Of a stretch of DNA of 64,000 nucleotides, positions 41,642 to 53,114 are shown piece after piece. Each line of letters opens with the position of its first letter. Position 1 is the first letter of the stretch. This DNA is from Cyanidioschyzon merolae (taxonomy: Eukaryota). Under the pieces are notes generated by a model, which saw only the letters and a list, made by a program, of their open reading frames with translations, was not told the DNA's origin and searched no databases. The DNA lies in NCBI GenBank assembly GCA_000091205.1, contig AP006501.2; one strand, written 5' to 3'. The position numbers and the translations under genes are program-made.

Positions 41642-42464
41642 GATTGCGGGTTCGCGTTTGCGTCGATGGTGCGGGATCGAAACCCCCTGATCAAAACATT
41701 CCAGAGGTGCACGTGGAACAAGTGATCGCGGAAGAAGCGGCAGCTGTTCAGGAACTGCTGTCGGGTTCCAGCGCTTCCGCAATGGTATACCATCCGAGAG
41801 TAGAGGCTCGATCGATGCAGCGACCGTTCAGGTGCGGACACGAGGCAAGCCAAGCCTGTCGATGACGCTGGATGCGCCACTGCAGTCACCGCTCGAAAGC
41901 AGAACGTCCCTGCGATACCCATGGACCCGTTATCTTGACAAGTGCATTCGATGGGGCTGTGGTGTAGCGCTCGGGATCGCTGCCTTGACGCAGCGCACAG
42001 CCTTTTCGGCTGTTACAACAGCAACGTCTGAGCGCTGGTTGTCGCTGATGCTCGTACCTGGAATCAAGTCGTGCGATCACCGCTCTGTGAGCGCGAAAAG
42101 TGACCATTTTACGGTATCCATGAGTAGCGAAGAATCGGTCGTAAGGCATGCTGCCCGTACCCGTATGCCGCATAGAACTTGCGGGGATCGAAATCTGCCA
42201 ACCGTTCAGGAATCGATAACGAGAACGAGTGCTACGGACGCCATAGCCCGAGTCTGGGGTCGTCCCAGGCTCGAGCGGAATACCCGTGACAAGCCGCTCG
42301 CCTATGGAACGAGTCGTCGGAGTTGGGGTAAGCTCCGTACCTGCCGCCTGAGCGGCAAACGTCTGGCGCGGAATGCTGCGTCTATGCCCGGACGGGAAAG
42401 CGTGTGCAATTTGCATTTGCGACCAGCATCCTGGTCGCCACGGGAAGCTACCGCGTTGATTTGT

Positions 42465-42790
42465 GCGTATTTTCGACTGATCATCGTTCACGCTCTGTAG
42501 CGAGGCCAGATACTGCGTACCAGAGTGCACCCACCAGCTGTTCGAGCGGAACATCGCTTGCAGCTGGGGGCCGGGCGTATTTTCGACTGATCATCGTTCA
42601 CGCTCTGTAGCGAGGCCAGATACTGCGTACCAGAGTGCATCCACCAGCTGTTCGAGCGGAACATCGCTTGCAGCTGGGGGCCGGGCGTATTTTCGACTGA
42701 TCATCGTTCACGCTCTGTAGCGAGGCCAGATACTGCGTACCAGAGTGCATCCATCAGCTGTTCGAGCGGAATATCGCTTGCAGTTGGCTT
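42465..42790. repeat. 110-bp minisatellite, ~2.9 tandem units
   Basis: Units at 42465-42574, 42575-42684 and 42685-~42790 are near-identical (gcgtattttcgactgatcatcgttcacgctctgtagcgagg...). No interspersed unique spacers. Confidence 0.9.
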
Positions 42791-43451
42791 CGGTTGATAC
42801 ACTCTGCGAATCCGCAAAACGAATGGGAATCATGGCATGGAACTGGAGCGCCATCACCAGGCAAGAGTACTCGACGCATCGTTCCGGATCACGGGAATCG
42901 GCGTGTGTTTCACGGTAACGCAGCGCTAGATTGATGATGAGCTACCCAGTGAGCTTGCCGTGAATCGCGAATACGAACGTGAATCTCCAGGGACGATTTA
43001 CGAGACCGATGGACGGTCTCACAGATTCAATCGTTTTCGCCAATAAGATACTCCAGTAATTTTCTGGACTTTTTCTCCGAAGCAGCGCTCGAGCGGCAGC
43101 ACGAAAATGACCAGCTTCACAGCTGCCATCCGCGAGGCCTATCCTTCACTCTGCTTCACACACGAACGCGCATGTGCATCGTATTGATCACACATCCGCA
43201 TATTAGCGCGAAAGTCATTCCCCAGTTCATGGTAAACAACCTGTTGCCGATATCATCCGCATGGTATCCGCTGCTGTTGCTGGCGGTGTCGCAACCGCCG
43301 CCGCCGCCGTTGCGCCCGGCGTGTCTGCCGACGACAATGCGACACCGCCAGCGCGGCGCTTGCCTTAAAAGGGCGCATCCCCCGAGGCCTCAGTAGCACG
43401 CTCCTGTGTTTCAGTGCTTTCCGTGTCAAGAAGCGTTTCTGCATCGGCTCC

Positions 43452-44015
43452 ATGGCGACGTTCTGGTCAAAGTATACGCAATTGTTGGCTGAGAAGCCAC
43501 TTCAGGTGAAAACTATGACTTCTTTCATAGGTTTTACGATCGGTGACCTGGTGGCTCAGATCCCGGCCTTGATGGACGGGAAACCCTGGGACGCTGCCCG
43601 CACAGCAAGAATGGCGTCATTCGGTCTTGTACTGCACGGACCTATCGGACACTACTGGTACGAGTTTCTAGACCGGACTATCATGCCGCAGGCGAGCAAG
43701 AGTACCGCTGCTGTGGTTTCGAAAATGGCCATCGACCAGTTGCTCTGGGCTCCAGTTTTTACGTCGCTTTTCTTTTCTTATATGCAGGCGGCGGAGGGGA
43801 AACCGGAGCGGGCTCCTGAAGTCGTTCGGGAGAAATTATGGCCAACATTGAAAGTGAACTGGACGGTTTGGCCGTTGGCGCACCTTATTAACTTCCGCTT
43901 TATCCCTTCTTCTCAGCGTATTTTGTACATTAACACGGTTCAGGTGGGGTATAACGCATTCCTGAGCACCATGGCTGCAGCGAAGACGAGCGTGCCGGTG
44001 GAGAAAACCAGCTGA
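43452..44015 (+). CDS. Mpv17/PMP22-family membrane protein
   Basis: 187 aa with an ATG start. Family-typical FGLVLHGPIGHYWYEFLD, DQLLWAPVFTSLFF, WTVWPLAHLINFRFIPSSQRILYINTVQVGYNAFLS. Confidence 0.7.
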   Translation: MATFWSKYTQLLAEKPLQVKTMTSFIGFTIGDLVAQIPALMDGKPWDAARTARMASFGLVLHGPIGHYWYEFLDRTIMPQASKSTAAVVSKMAIDQLLWAPVFTSLFFSYMQAAEGKPERAPEVVREKLWPTLKVNWTVWPLAHLINFRFIPSSQRILYINTVQVGYNAFLSTMAAAKTSVPVEKTS

Positions 44016-47000
44016 GCATGCTGCAACCAGACCGGGGCGCTCTGCAGAGTGCACGCTGGCCACAGGCAGCGTTCGAAGGTAGCGCGCGTTCTCTTCGCGC
44101 GCCTGTCTTGAACGAGTACGAAAGCACACCAACGCACTAGATTGTATGCTCGCGAACGAAAGGTGTTCATTTTTTGATACTGAAGGATGGATCCGCTTCG
44201 AATGAGATGTCCTTGACAATTCATTGACGAGACGCTTGGACGAGGTCACTCATGGAGATGCGTAGCGGGGAGGGCGTGCGACTCGACGCTGTACGCACCC
44301 GGCTAATAGATACAACGACTTTTTACGTATGGCCCAAAGAATGCCGTATATCTTGCATGGGTCGATATAGATGGGCGTAAAACCTGAACCCGATGCTGAA
44401 AGAATGAAATTGTCGTTCTGGAGACCGCGACATATGTCGCGGCCTTTATGTGTACGGGGAGCGCGAATCGAACACCGAGCGCATGACGCGGAGAAACGTG
44501 TTCGGTGCTGTCTGGGAAGCCCCGAGCTATCGCCCTGACAATGAGTTCGAGTACCCGATGCCGCTCATCATGATAGCATACTCGACAAAATCCCCTTCGG
44601 GTCCAAGATGATAAGCTCATAGCGTTGGAACGTAGCGTTCGTGGGCACAAATGCGGTGTGATCACCAGCACGACGATGCAGCATACCTTGGGAATGCACG
44701 ATTGCGAGATATCTGGAATGTGCTCTATGCACATGTTGCTCAAAGCGCGTGGATAAAACCATTCACTTGATCTTCAGGTGCTTGGCATTCGATTGAAGCA
44801 AGTGGTCGTTCTTGCAGCTAGAGATCGACATGGATACGAGTGCCTTCTAACTCGTGTTTGGAGCAACGACTGCAGGGCCGTTCGCACGGCTCGCTGCCGC
44901 AGCCCTATCTGCAATGCTCGAGGCGAGCATGCGGTGTTGCTGGTGCAGTTTGGAGGTCTTGGGCGGAAGCGCGGGCATTCTCGCGCATGCCGCTAATCAT
45001 CGCGCGATTCGGAATCCTCGATGCAGATCAACGGCTGTTCACCCGACATGTAGTGCGATGCTCGCCAGCACCCGTATCATATATTGATATGAGACACTGG
45101 AGTGCTCGCTCTATTCATGCCTTTGGTTATGTTCCGAGCTTTTCATTGGATGTGTAGCCTCTAAATCCCAAGTGCAGCAGGAAGGCCTTGCGAATCCATA
45201 AGTAGTTTAGAGACTCGAGGTTGGTTTTTCACCATAGATCCGTAGACGCTTTGCAGCAGGGAGTTATTACGTGAATGGAATCAGAATGGTTTACGACGCA
45301 TTTGAACAGAGGCTCGTAAAATAAATTATATCGTTATTCAATGTACACGTACAATGCTTCACTCGTCTCCTTTACTCACGTGTGGCCTGGTCAGATCACA
45401 AGCTCTTCAAGTTTTCCATCTTCCTTATTCAAGGCAACTCGTGGGCGCAGCGATTCTCGCCGCAGCGCTGACGACGGGTGAAATCGCTGTCGTTCCATGA
45501 AGAATGCATCACAAGTTCTTCTCTCTAGTTCAATGAACGTGTCACATGATGTAATCGATTCTGTTCGAAACACTAGTCCTCGTCTATTTGTGGTAATCGA
45601 CTATATGGAATTCAATACGAGCATGATGCCGCTCAAAGGGGGCTGATCCGAGAGACTCCCGTTTCGTCTGTTTGCATAGAAAACGGCCTTGGGCTCGCAC
45701 TGAAGGCTTCGCAGGCATTGCCTGCAGCAGAGAATGCGTCTTGGCATTGCACTGCTGGTTCGTGGACGGATCCGGATATCTCGACTTGAGCTCCAGTCCG
45801 GGATTTCCTTACGGGACTTATTTCATCGTGGACAACATCACGGTCGACGGATCTGTGATCCAAAGGAACAGCGTTCGCTTGTGCGAGAAGCAGACAACAT
45901 ACTCGCCGCAGAGATCGTCTCGAAGAAGCCTGCGATCGCAGGCGACGGCACCGGGGCGCAGAAGCGGAGGAGCGTATCGCAGAAAGCCCATTGTACCCGC
46001 CAAGATCAGGCATCGAGCGACGAAGCAAGCGTTCGCGTGCCAAAAGACAGCACTCATAGGAGGAGGATGCCGAGGAGGAGGCGTCGCAAAAGCATAGGAT
46101 CACCTCATTACATCCAAGTCTCGCCGCTGCGAATGGCCCACAGAGTTTGTATACAAGGAAGATGAGAACGGCAGGCGATGCGTAGATGTCCACTTTTGCC
46201 TGTGCATGAAATGCGTCGACAGCAGTCGGGCGCAGCGAAATCGGGACGTCTATGCTGGTGTCAACATGCTTAGATTTGTTAACGACGGAGCTGAAGTGAC
46301 ATGGAAATACCGGCATATTTAAAGCCGGATACAAGAGCTCGGAAAAGGAATCATGCGCATAAATATCCACCAAAAGGTTGATGTAGATGACTATTGGCGG
46401 AGACCCAAAACATAGCGCGTGCGCCCGGGTTACGTGAGTGCACGGTTCTGTTCTATGCGGACATGTGTGTTGCACGGCGCCAATAACTCTGTACCACCCC
46501 CGAAATCCCACAGGCAGAGACGTTTGCTGCTTAAAGGTGTCTTCTGGTCGACGACCTGAAAAGAGTCAGGAGAACAAGCTTTCACAGCGATATCGTGGAA
46601 GGCATGGAGATGTGTAGTTCAGTCGCGAAGCGCGCGACCGTGCGCAGCCCCACAACGCCACCGCCGCGCTGCCGCGTATCCGCGGGAAGATGCCGCCATC
46701 CAAGCGGACGCACGCATCGATCTGCATTCGGGATCATTTTGTTCATATTGGTTCTAAAATATATATATTAGGACATTACTGGACCAAGAGGTACCGTGGC
46801 ACTGCCCCATCGAAATCAAGCCGCTGGCTGGGCAATTCGAATTTTTGGCAGCGCAGCACCGATACGCGCGAACAGATCCCCAGGCACTGTGGACGTTTTC
46901 GGTACAGGAGCCATTTGGGAGTGTTCGCTGCACGATACTTCTACTTGGGCAACGCTGGTCGAGACCGGATCCCAACAGCGTGCACGCCTTTCTGTTTAAG

Positions 47001-47133
47001 CACCTAAGAGTGGGCGTTTCAAGTGCTTTTTGTTTGTCAGTTGCTTTACGCCCGAGACTTTGCGGGAAACCTGAAGGGCGGGGACCATCGGCATAGCGAT
47101 TCTCGCGTTCGCCACGAAGTCTCTTCGAATTAT

Positions 47134-50100
47134 ATGGCAGATATAGGCGAACCGCACGATCAGGAGTATGCAAGTCACCCGTGGCGGCCACTTGGAAGTG
47201 AACGTTGGAACCAGAGCCTTTCTCCAATAGAGAAGGATACTCCAAAGCCGCCGGGCGCCGCAGAGGAAGCCGGCCAAACATACTGGCGGAACTTCCTCCA
47301 AACTCCAAGCTCCATTGCCCAACTCAGTCCCGAAGCGCTGGATGAAACCGCACAGAGCGAGGCCGTCGTCGCGTCTAACGGTGCTTTGGGGACAGTTGAG
47401 TCTCGACAGGAAGGCGATACCGCCGCCGACCTTGTCCATGGGGCAAACAGCGTCGCCGCCTCCAGTGCAAGGCGCAGCAACGCACCGCATCCGCGCAAAA
47501 GCGCAGAGAACATAGGCGAGGAGTCCATTGAGAATGGTGTTTCGTCCGAGCTCTCCCGCACATGCAGCACTTTGGAAGATAACGCTTCGGGATCTCGGGA
47601 GAAAGCCCTGGAGGGCCTCGGCAGCCCGCATACCCGGCGAACGGGAACACGCGGAGACTTTGCACCGTCGATGCGAACGCTCCTAGACGCTGGTGTCGAG
47701 CGGACTCCCAGGCCGAGCTCGCCACCGACGCCACCGTCGCCGACGACGCCGCACCTTGCTATGCGGCATATGCAGCAGGAAATTGAGCGGCTCAAGAAGC
47801 AAAACTTTAACTTGAAATTGCGAATATATTTTCTGGAAGAAGCCTTAGCTGCCGCTGGCATAGACTATAGAGCGATTGATGGGACGGCGCCCACCGGCGC
47901 GAGAAAACTGAACGACGATAGTACTGTTTCGCAGTGTGGAGCAATCGACTTTGATTTCGATTCTATTCGACTAGAATTGGAGGCGAAAGAAGAGCGCCTG
48001 CGTAGTCTGCAGGCAGAGCTCGAAGAGAGGCTAGCCGATCTTGAGGAGCGAGATGAATTGCTTCAAACGGCCCGAGAGGCTATTATGGGCCTTCAAGAGG
48101 CGCTCCAGGACGCACAAGCGCGAATTCAACGTGCCGAAGAACAGGCATTGGAAGCGGCCAAGAAGAGCTCCGCAAGCGGTGAAGCACTACCGTCGCCACC
48201 CCCGCAAGCAGGCGATTGCCAGACGCCTACACCCGTGAATCTTGACGCCGCAATTCGAGAAGCGCTAGCGTCCACTGAGGCGGCGTTCCGTGAAGAGATC
48301 CAAAGGCTGGAAGAGCAGATACGTATCCGTGACGAACAGATTCGAGATCTCGAGCAGGAGATCTGCAGCGTTCGCGACAGCAAGGACGAAGAGATTCGAG
48401 GCCTTCAAGAGGAATTGCAAGCTGCCATTCATGAGCGCGAAAAGGGAATCGACGTTGGACATGTGCCCGCGGATGCGAGCCACGTCGTCGAGCGAGAGCA
48501 ACGAAGTGCCCTCGAGTCACATCTCGCTGAGGCGGAAAAACGTATTGAACAGCTCAGTTTAGAAGCGAAGCATTATCAAAGCCTTCTGAAAGAATCCGAT
48601 GAACAGAGAACTATGCTTCAACGAGCTCTTGAAAAAGCCACGACGCATGCAGCTCGCGAGCCCGCCGTGCAAACCGAGCTGCAGGAACGGCTGACTGCAG
48701 CACAAAAGGAGCGCGACGCCCTCGCATCGGCACTCGAAGCTGTTCGGACCGAGCAGGCCACCTCGAACGAACGAGTTGCTGCCGCGGAGGATGCATGCCG
48801 CCACGCTGAGCAACGATGCCGCGAGCTGGAGTCTACCCTGACCAGGACGACCAGTGACGCGATGGAGCGTGTGCGCCGCCTAGTGGAGGCCCATGAGAAG
48901 GAGCGCGAGCACTGGCAGTTAACAGAGGAGCAGCTGCGGCACAGGGAGTCTGCGGAGCGCGAGGAGCTCCATCACGCGCAAAAAACGTTGAAAGAGACAC
49001 AAGAGAAACTCGCGGCAGAATGCCGCAGTCACGCTCAGTTGAGTCTCGAGCACGCGCAAGCGCTCGGCCACATCGAACACCTGCAGGCGCGCCTAGAAGC
49101 AGGCGATTCCGAACTGGACGCCCTGCAGGCGCGACTCAAGAGCATAGAACTGGAAAGCCAACGACAACAGGAGGAACTGGAATTGTGCCAGAGCGAACGC
49201 GATGAGCTTGCCGAGAAACTCCACGAAGCCATCAGGCGTATTGCTACTTTGGAGCGGGAGCTGCAAGCAAAAGCTCCAGCCGGTGAACACAGCACTGCTG
49301 CGACGGAAGCAAACGTGAAGAAACCGGAAACTGGAAATTACTTGTCTCACAGCAGCGGATATGAAACATTGAAAGCGGCATCCGCTCCTCCCAGTACTGA
49401 GGAAAACGAACGCAACACCACTCGCGCCGCAGAATCGCATGCGGCCGCCGTTCAGGCTGAGCGAGAGCCGCAAGACCAGCATGTCGAGCGACTGCGCGCC
49501 GAGTTCATGCATTACCAGAGCCGCTGTCGCTCGCTCGAAGAAATGATCGCAGATCGCGACCGTCACATTCATCAGTTGTGTATGGAGCTCAGCCAGTCGA
49601 TCACTCGTGAGCAGCAGCTCCAGGACCAGATTCGCGAAGTGACAATGCGAACGGCCAACGCTCGACCGCCGCTGAGCGCCCCAGCGGCAACCGCCACTCC
49701 ATCAGCGGGAAATGGTGCAGGTGGTCGCAAAGCAGCTGACGGTGCACCAGCGTCGACGGACGTGCTCCACTGGGATGCCATTCATCGAGACATTCGGACG
49801 CTCCATGAGGATATTCGCTTCTGGCGCGAGGAGGTGCGCCACTTTTGCGAACAATTGGTCAGTCTGCAGCGCTTCCAGGGCCCGCGCCCAGAAGCTTCCG
49901 TTCCGCCTCCCACGTCGACACCTGAGCCGCACCTGGAGAAGAAAGCACCACCGGCACTTGGAGAAACACCTCCAAAGCCCGCACAAAACTCCTGGGAGAG
50001 GACGCTACACGGTTTGGAACAGCGTATTGAACGGGTGATGCGAACTGTAGACCGACTTGCGCAAGTTCGCGGGCGCGATGCGGCCTCTGAACCAGGATCC

Positions 50101-50631
50101 CCGTGCGCCCCGGAAGCAACGCAAGCGGTACCTGACGAGGTTCCGCAGCCAGCGCCACCGTCGCGGAGCCAGGCTGTCGCGGCAAAGCCCCCGGCAGCGG
50201 CTCAAGCCTCGCGACAAAAGACCGAGACTCGACGGCGGCCAAAGCATCACGATCACGATGCGTCCGCGTGGCGTGCCGAAGAGCTGGACACCGATGAGCC
50301 GTCCATAGCATTGGACCAAGTGCCTGATGACCTGCAAGTAAGTCGAGAGATGATCCATTTTATGCGCACCAGGCATCATCGACGGCGCGTCGAGGCACCG
50401 GAACCCGCTGTGCAGCCCGTATCCGCTCCGAAGCAGAACGATGCTATCGCACCAACGCAGAACAAACTCTCGAAACAGGCGTGGCAAGACGCTATACTGC
50501 GTCAGGTAGAAGAGACACAGCGCGTTATAGCGGCCACCCAGAAGCGCCTGGAGCGCGAGCGCGCCGCCTTTCTACGACGTACCCACACGCAGTCCGCAGC
50601 TCGCACCACTGACGACTTGTTCAGCGCCTAA
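47134..50631 (+). CDS. CM1-motif coiled-coil protein (centrosomin/CDK5RAP2/Mto1-like gamma-tubulin complex anchor)
   Basis: IERLKKQNFNLKLRIYFLEEAL closely matches CM1 (CDK5RAP2 ITELKKENFNLKLRIYFLEER), followed by >900 aa of coiled coil and a Pro-rich tail. Track start is GTG 47023; first ATG at 47134. Confidence 0.7.
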   Translation: MADIGEPHDQEYASHPWRPLGSERWNQSLSPIEKDTPKPPGAAEEAGQTYWRNFLQTPSSIAQLSPEALDETAQSEAVVASNGALGTVESRQEGDTAADLVHGANSVAASSARRSNAPHPRKSAENIGEESIENGVSSELSRTCSTLEDNASGSREKALEGLGSPHTRRTGTRGDFAPSMRTLLDAGVERTPRPSSPPTPPSPTTPHLAMRHMQQEIERLKKQNFNLKLRIYFLEEALAAAGIDYRAIDGTAPTGARKLNDDSTVSQCGAIDFDFDSIRLELEAKEERLRSLQAELEERLADLEERDELLQTAREAIMGLQEALQDAQARIQRAEEQALEAAKKSSASGEALPSPPPQAGDCQTPTPVNLDAAIREALASTEAAFREEIQRLEEQIRIRDEQIRDLEQEICSVRDSKDEEIRGLQEELQAAIHEREKGIDVGHVPADASHVVEREQRSALESHLAEAEKRIEQLSLEAKHYQSLLKESDEQRTMLQRALEKATTHAAREPAVQTELQERLTAAQKERDALASALEAVRTEQATSNERVAAAEDACRHAEQRCRELESTLTRTTSDAMERVRRLVEAHEKEREHWQLTEEQLRHRESAEREELHHAQKTLKETQEKLAAECRSHAQLSLEHAQALGHIEHLQARLEAGDSELDALQARLKSIELESQRQQEELELCQSERDELAEKLHEAIRRIATLERELQAKAPAGEHSTAATEANVKKPETGNYLSHSSGYETLKAASAPPSTEENERNTTRAAESHAAAVQAEREPQDQHVERLRAEFMHYQSRCRSLEEMIADRDRHIHQLCMELSQSITREQQLQDQIREVTMRTANARPPLSAPAATATPSAGNGAGGRKAADGAPASTDVLHWDAIHRDIRTLHEDIRFWREEVRHFCEQLVSLQRFQGPRPEASVPPPTSTPEPHLEKKAPPALGETPPKPAQNSWERTLHGLEQRIERVMRTVDRLAQVRGRDAASEPGSPCAPEATQAVPDEVPQPAPPSRSQAVAAKPPAAAQASRQKTETRRRPKHHDHDASAWRAEELDTDEPSIALDQVPDDLQVSREMIHFMRTRHHRRRVEAPEPAVQPVSAPKQNDAIAPTQNKLSKQAWQDAILRQVEETQRVIAATQKRLERERAAFLRRTHTQSAARTTDDLFSA

Positions 50632-51362
50632 ACCTAGCAGCTTCACGCACAAACTCAGCTCGAGTGGCGCGCGCGACTCGTCTACGAAGCACTGTTCCGT
50701 AGTGCCCCTGCAGTTACGCTTCCGCGTCCACCAGCGTTTCAGTGAAGAGCGTCGCACGTCTGCACCGCACCTGGATCATGATGCGATAGCGCAACTCGCG
50801 CCTCTGCCCAGCAACGGTCAGCGTGTGCCGCACCGGCTACTTCGCCGCCGCGCAATCCAGCGCGTAACCCCGCCAGCCAGGCGCGCTTCAGCGAGTTCGG
50901 CTGCGCGGCAGCTACTGCACCCTGTTCCAGACTCTCGTGGACCAAGAGCGCCTCTATTCGCTCAAGCTCAACTTGATGATCATGTCGAATGAGTTCCAGT
51001 TCATCTAGACTGCTCTCCTCCATTCGAGTCGAGAACGAGGAACACGTTGCGTGCACGACCAGTCTCACAACGAGGGTATTCGGGGGTGGCGCGCGTACGC
51101 CTCAGCGTGACATTTGTCCTATTTGTACATACTCGAACAAAAACAGACAAGTTAGAGGCATTGGATCTACATCGACGTCTTCGATGGCTACTCGGGGTGG
51201 CGTGTGCGCGCCTGCGACACATCGAACCTATCTGTACACACCTATATAAAAAAGACAGGATGGAGGATGCCACGCGCAGCTGCCATGCGCGTCCGTACCG
51301 TCGAAAGCGCGGGCAAACGTTTCCAGCGCGTGCGCTCCTAGCGCTCGCACGACTTTGGTGCC

Positions 51363-53114
51363 ATGAGTGCTGCCCAGGTCATTGATCCCGTTTATGTGAC
51401 CGACCAGTCGCTTGGACCTGGGTCACTGCGGCTGTCGAAGGCTGGACTACTCTGGTCACCGCGCAACGAAGGTCTATACACGATCAGTGTGGCTCGCGAG
51501 GACCTCGCGTCGCTGCGCTGGTTCAGAGGCGCTCGCGGTGACCAGCTACGCTGCACTCGTAAAGACGGCAGCACCGTGAACTTTGAAGGTTTTCGTCCAG
51601 CGGATCGCGCAACCTTGGAGGAGTATGTGAAGGAGGCCTGGGCATGGACCAAGGGTGTACCGCGCGGCGAACAGGGCGTCGTCGGATGGAACTTTGGACA
51701 GGTGCGCATCGAGGGTGAGAGCGTGCTCTTCGTCTCTGGATCAGAGACGGCGTTCGAGTTGCCAATTTCGGATATATCGCAAGTGGTGCGTTCAGGTCGC
51801 AACGAGCTGGCGTTGGAGTTTCATCTCGACGACACGGCAGGGAAAACCGACGAGTGCCTTGTTGAGATGCGCTTCCAGGCACCGACCGAGGAGGACGCAA
51901 TCGCGCTCCACGCAGAGCTATCGGCGCGTGTTGGCTCAGCGTCGTTTATGGGTGAGTCTCTAGTTTTCTTCGAGGAACTCCCGTTTATCGTGCCGCGAGG
52001 TCGCTACGATCTCGAGCTGTTCCCCACGTACCTGAGTATGCACGGCAAATCTTTCGACTACAAGATCCTGTACAAGACAGTGCGGCGTATGTTCCTGCTG
52101 CCAAAACCGGATGAGATCCATCTGGCGCTGGTTATCTCTCTGGACCCGCCGATTCGCCAGGGCAACACAACCTATCCACACCTGGTGCTCCAGCTCCGCC
52201 GCGACGACGATGAGATCGAGGTGGCGTTAAACATGAAGCCAGAAGAGTTGCAGAAACGCTACGGGGATAAGTTGCCGCCGAAAATCAGCGGTGAGCTCTG
52301 GCAAGTCGTCACGAAGGTGCTGCGTGTTTTGGTCGACAAGCCCCTGCATGCACCGAAGAATTTTGTGACCTCACAGGGTGCCCATGCGCTGCGCACCGCG
52401 CTCGGTGCCAATGACGGTTATCTGTATCCGCTGGAGAACTGTTTCTTCTTTGTGAACAAGCCGCCGACCTATTTGCGTTATGAGGATGTTGATTTTGTTG
52501 AATTCAAACGACTGGAAATGGATAGAAGGTTTGACCTGCAGGTCGTGATGCTGAATGGCTCCACGCTGCTCTTTACGAATCTCGAGCGAAGCGAGTTCTC
52601 GACACTCTACCAGTTTCTGGAGAGCAAACAAGTTCGGATGGTCGGGATCCCGCCGGCGCTCCTGCGCGGTGCAACGACCGGCAAGACCAGTATGCGCGCG
52701 GCAGCCGTGCGAGCCGAAATGGCTATCGCCGCAGAGGAGGCTGCTCGTCGTGAAGCGGATGGTGAGGACGACGAAGAAGCCGACGACCAGGATACCAAAT
52801 ATGATGGGAAACGTGATCCGCAGACGTTTGACGACGAGGATGACGAGGAAGATGAAGATTTTGCAGGCGACGTTGAAGATGAGTCCGACGGTGCACCCAG
52901 TGACTCGGATGCAGCGCGCGACGATGACGATGATGATGACGATGATGATGATGATGATGATGATGAGGCGCTAGAAGCCGAACTCGAGCCCGAGGAGCCC
53001 CTCGAGCAAGTCACGGAGGAAGATCAGTCGCAAGGCGATCCGGAATCGACATCAGCAGCAGCAGCAGCAGAGACTGGGCATGCAACTGACCTGGAAAAAG
53101 CTTTACATTCCTGA
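51363..53114 (+). CDS. POB3: FACT complex subunit SSRP1/Pob3 (no HMG box, acidic tail)
   Basis: ATG start. N-terminal domain colinear with SSRP1: GSLRLSKAGLLWSP...TISVAREDLASLRWFRGARGDQL...FEGFRPADRATLEEYV...VGWNFGQVRIEGESVLFVSGSETAFELPISDISQVV. Acidic C-terminus includes D17 encoded by a (GAT)n microsatellite. Confidence 0.8.
   Translation: MSAAQVIDPVYVTDQSLGPGSLRLSKAGLLWSPRNEGLYTISVAREDLASLRWFRGARGDQLRCTRKDGSTVNFEGFRPADRATLEEYVKEAWAWTKGVPRGEQGVVGWNFGQVRIEGESVLFVSGSETAFELPISDISQVVRSGRNELALEFHLDDTAGKTDECLVEMRFQAPTEEDAIALHAELSARVGSASFMGESLVFFEELPFIVPRGRYDLELFPTYLSMHGKSFDYKILYKTVRRMFLLPKPDEIHLALVISLDPPIRQGNTTYPHLVLQLRRDDDEIEVALNMKPEELQKRYGDKLPPKISGELWQVVTKVLRVLVDKPLHAPKNFVTSQGAHALRTALGANDGYLYPLENCFFFVNKPPTYLRYEDVDFVEFKRLEMDRRFDLQVVMLNGSTLLFTNLERSEFSTLYQFLESKQVRMVGIPPALLRGATTGKTSMRAAAVRAEMAIAAEEAARREADGEDDEEADDQDTKYDGKRDPQTFDDEDDEEDEDFAGDVEDESDGAPSDSDAARDDDDDDDDDDDDDDDEALEAELEPEEPLEQVTEEDQSQGDPESTSAAAAAETGHATDLEKALHS

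Noticed and set aside
41832-42554. Mutually overlapping 222-aa ORFs on both strands (41832-42500 + and 41886-42554 -).
   Set aside because: They span the 110-bp tandem array and GC-rich non-coding sequence. They have no motifs and their mutual overlap is implausible, so they are a stop-codon-poor GC-rich artefact.
42465-42790. Tandem direct repeats considered as a possible CRISPR array.
   Set aside because: The units are 110 bp, contiguous, with no unique spacers, and sit in a eukaryotic genome. This is a minisatellite.
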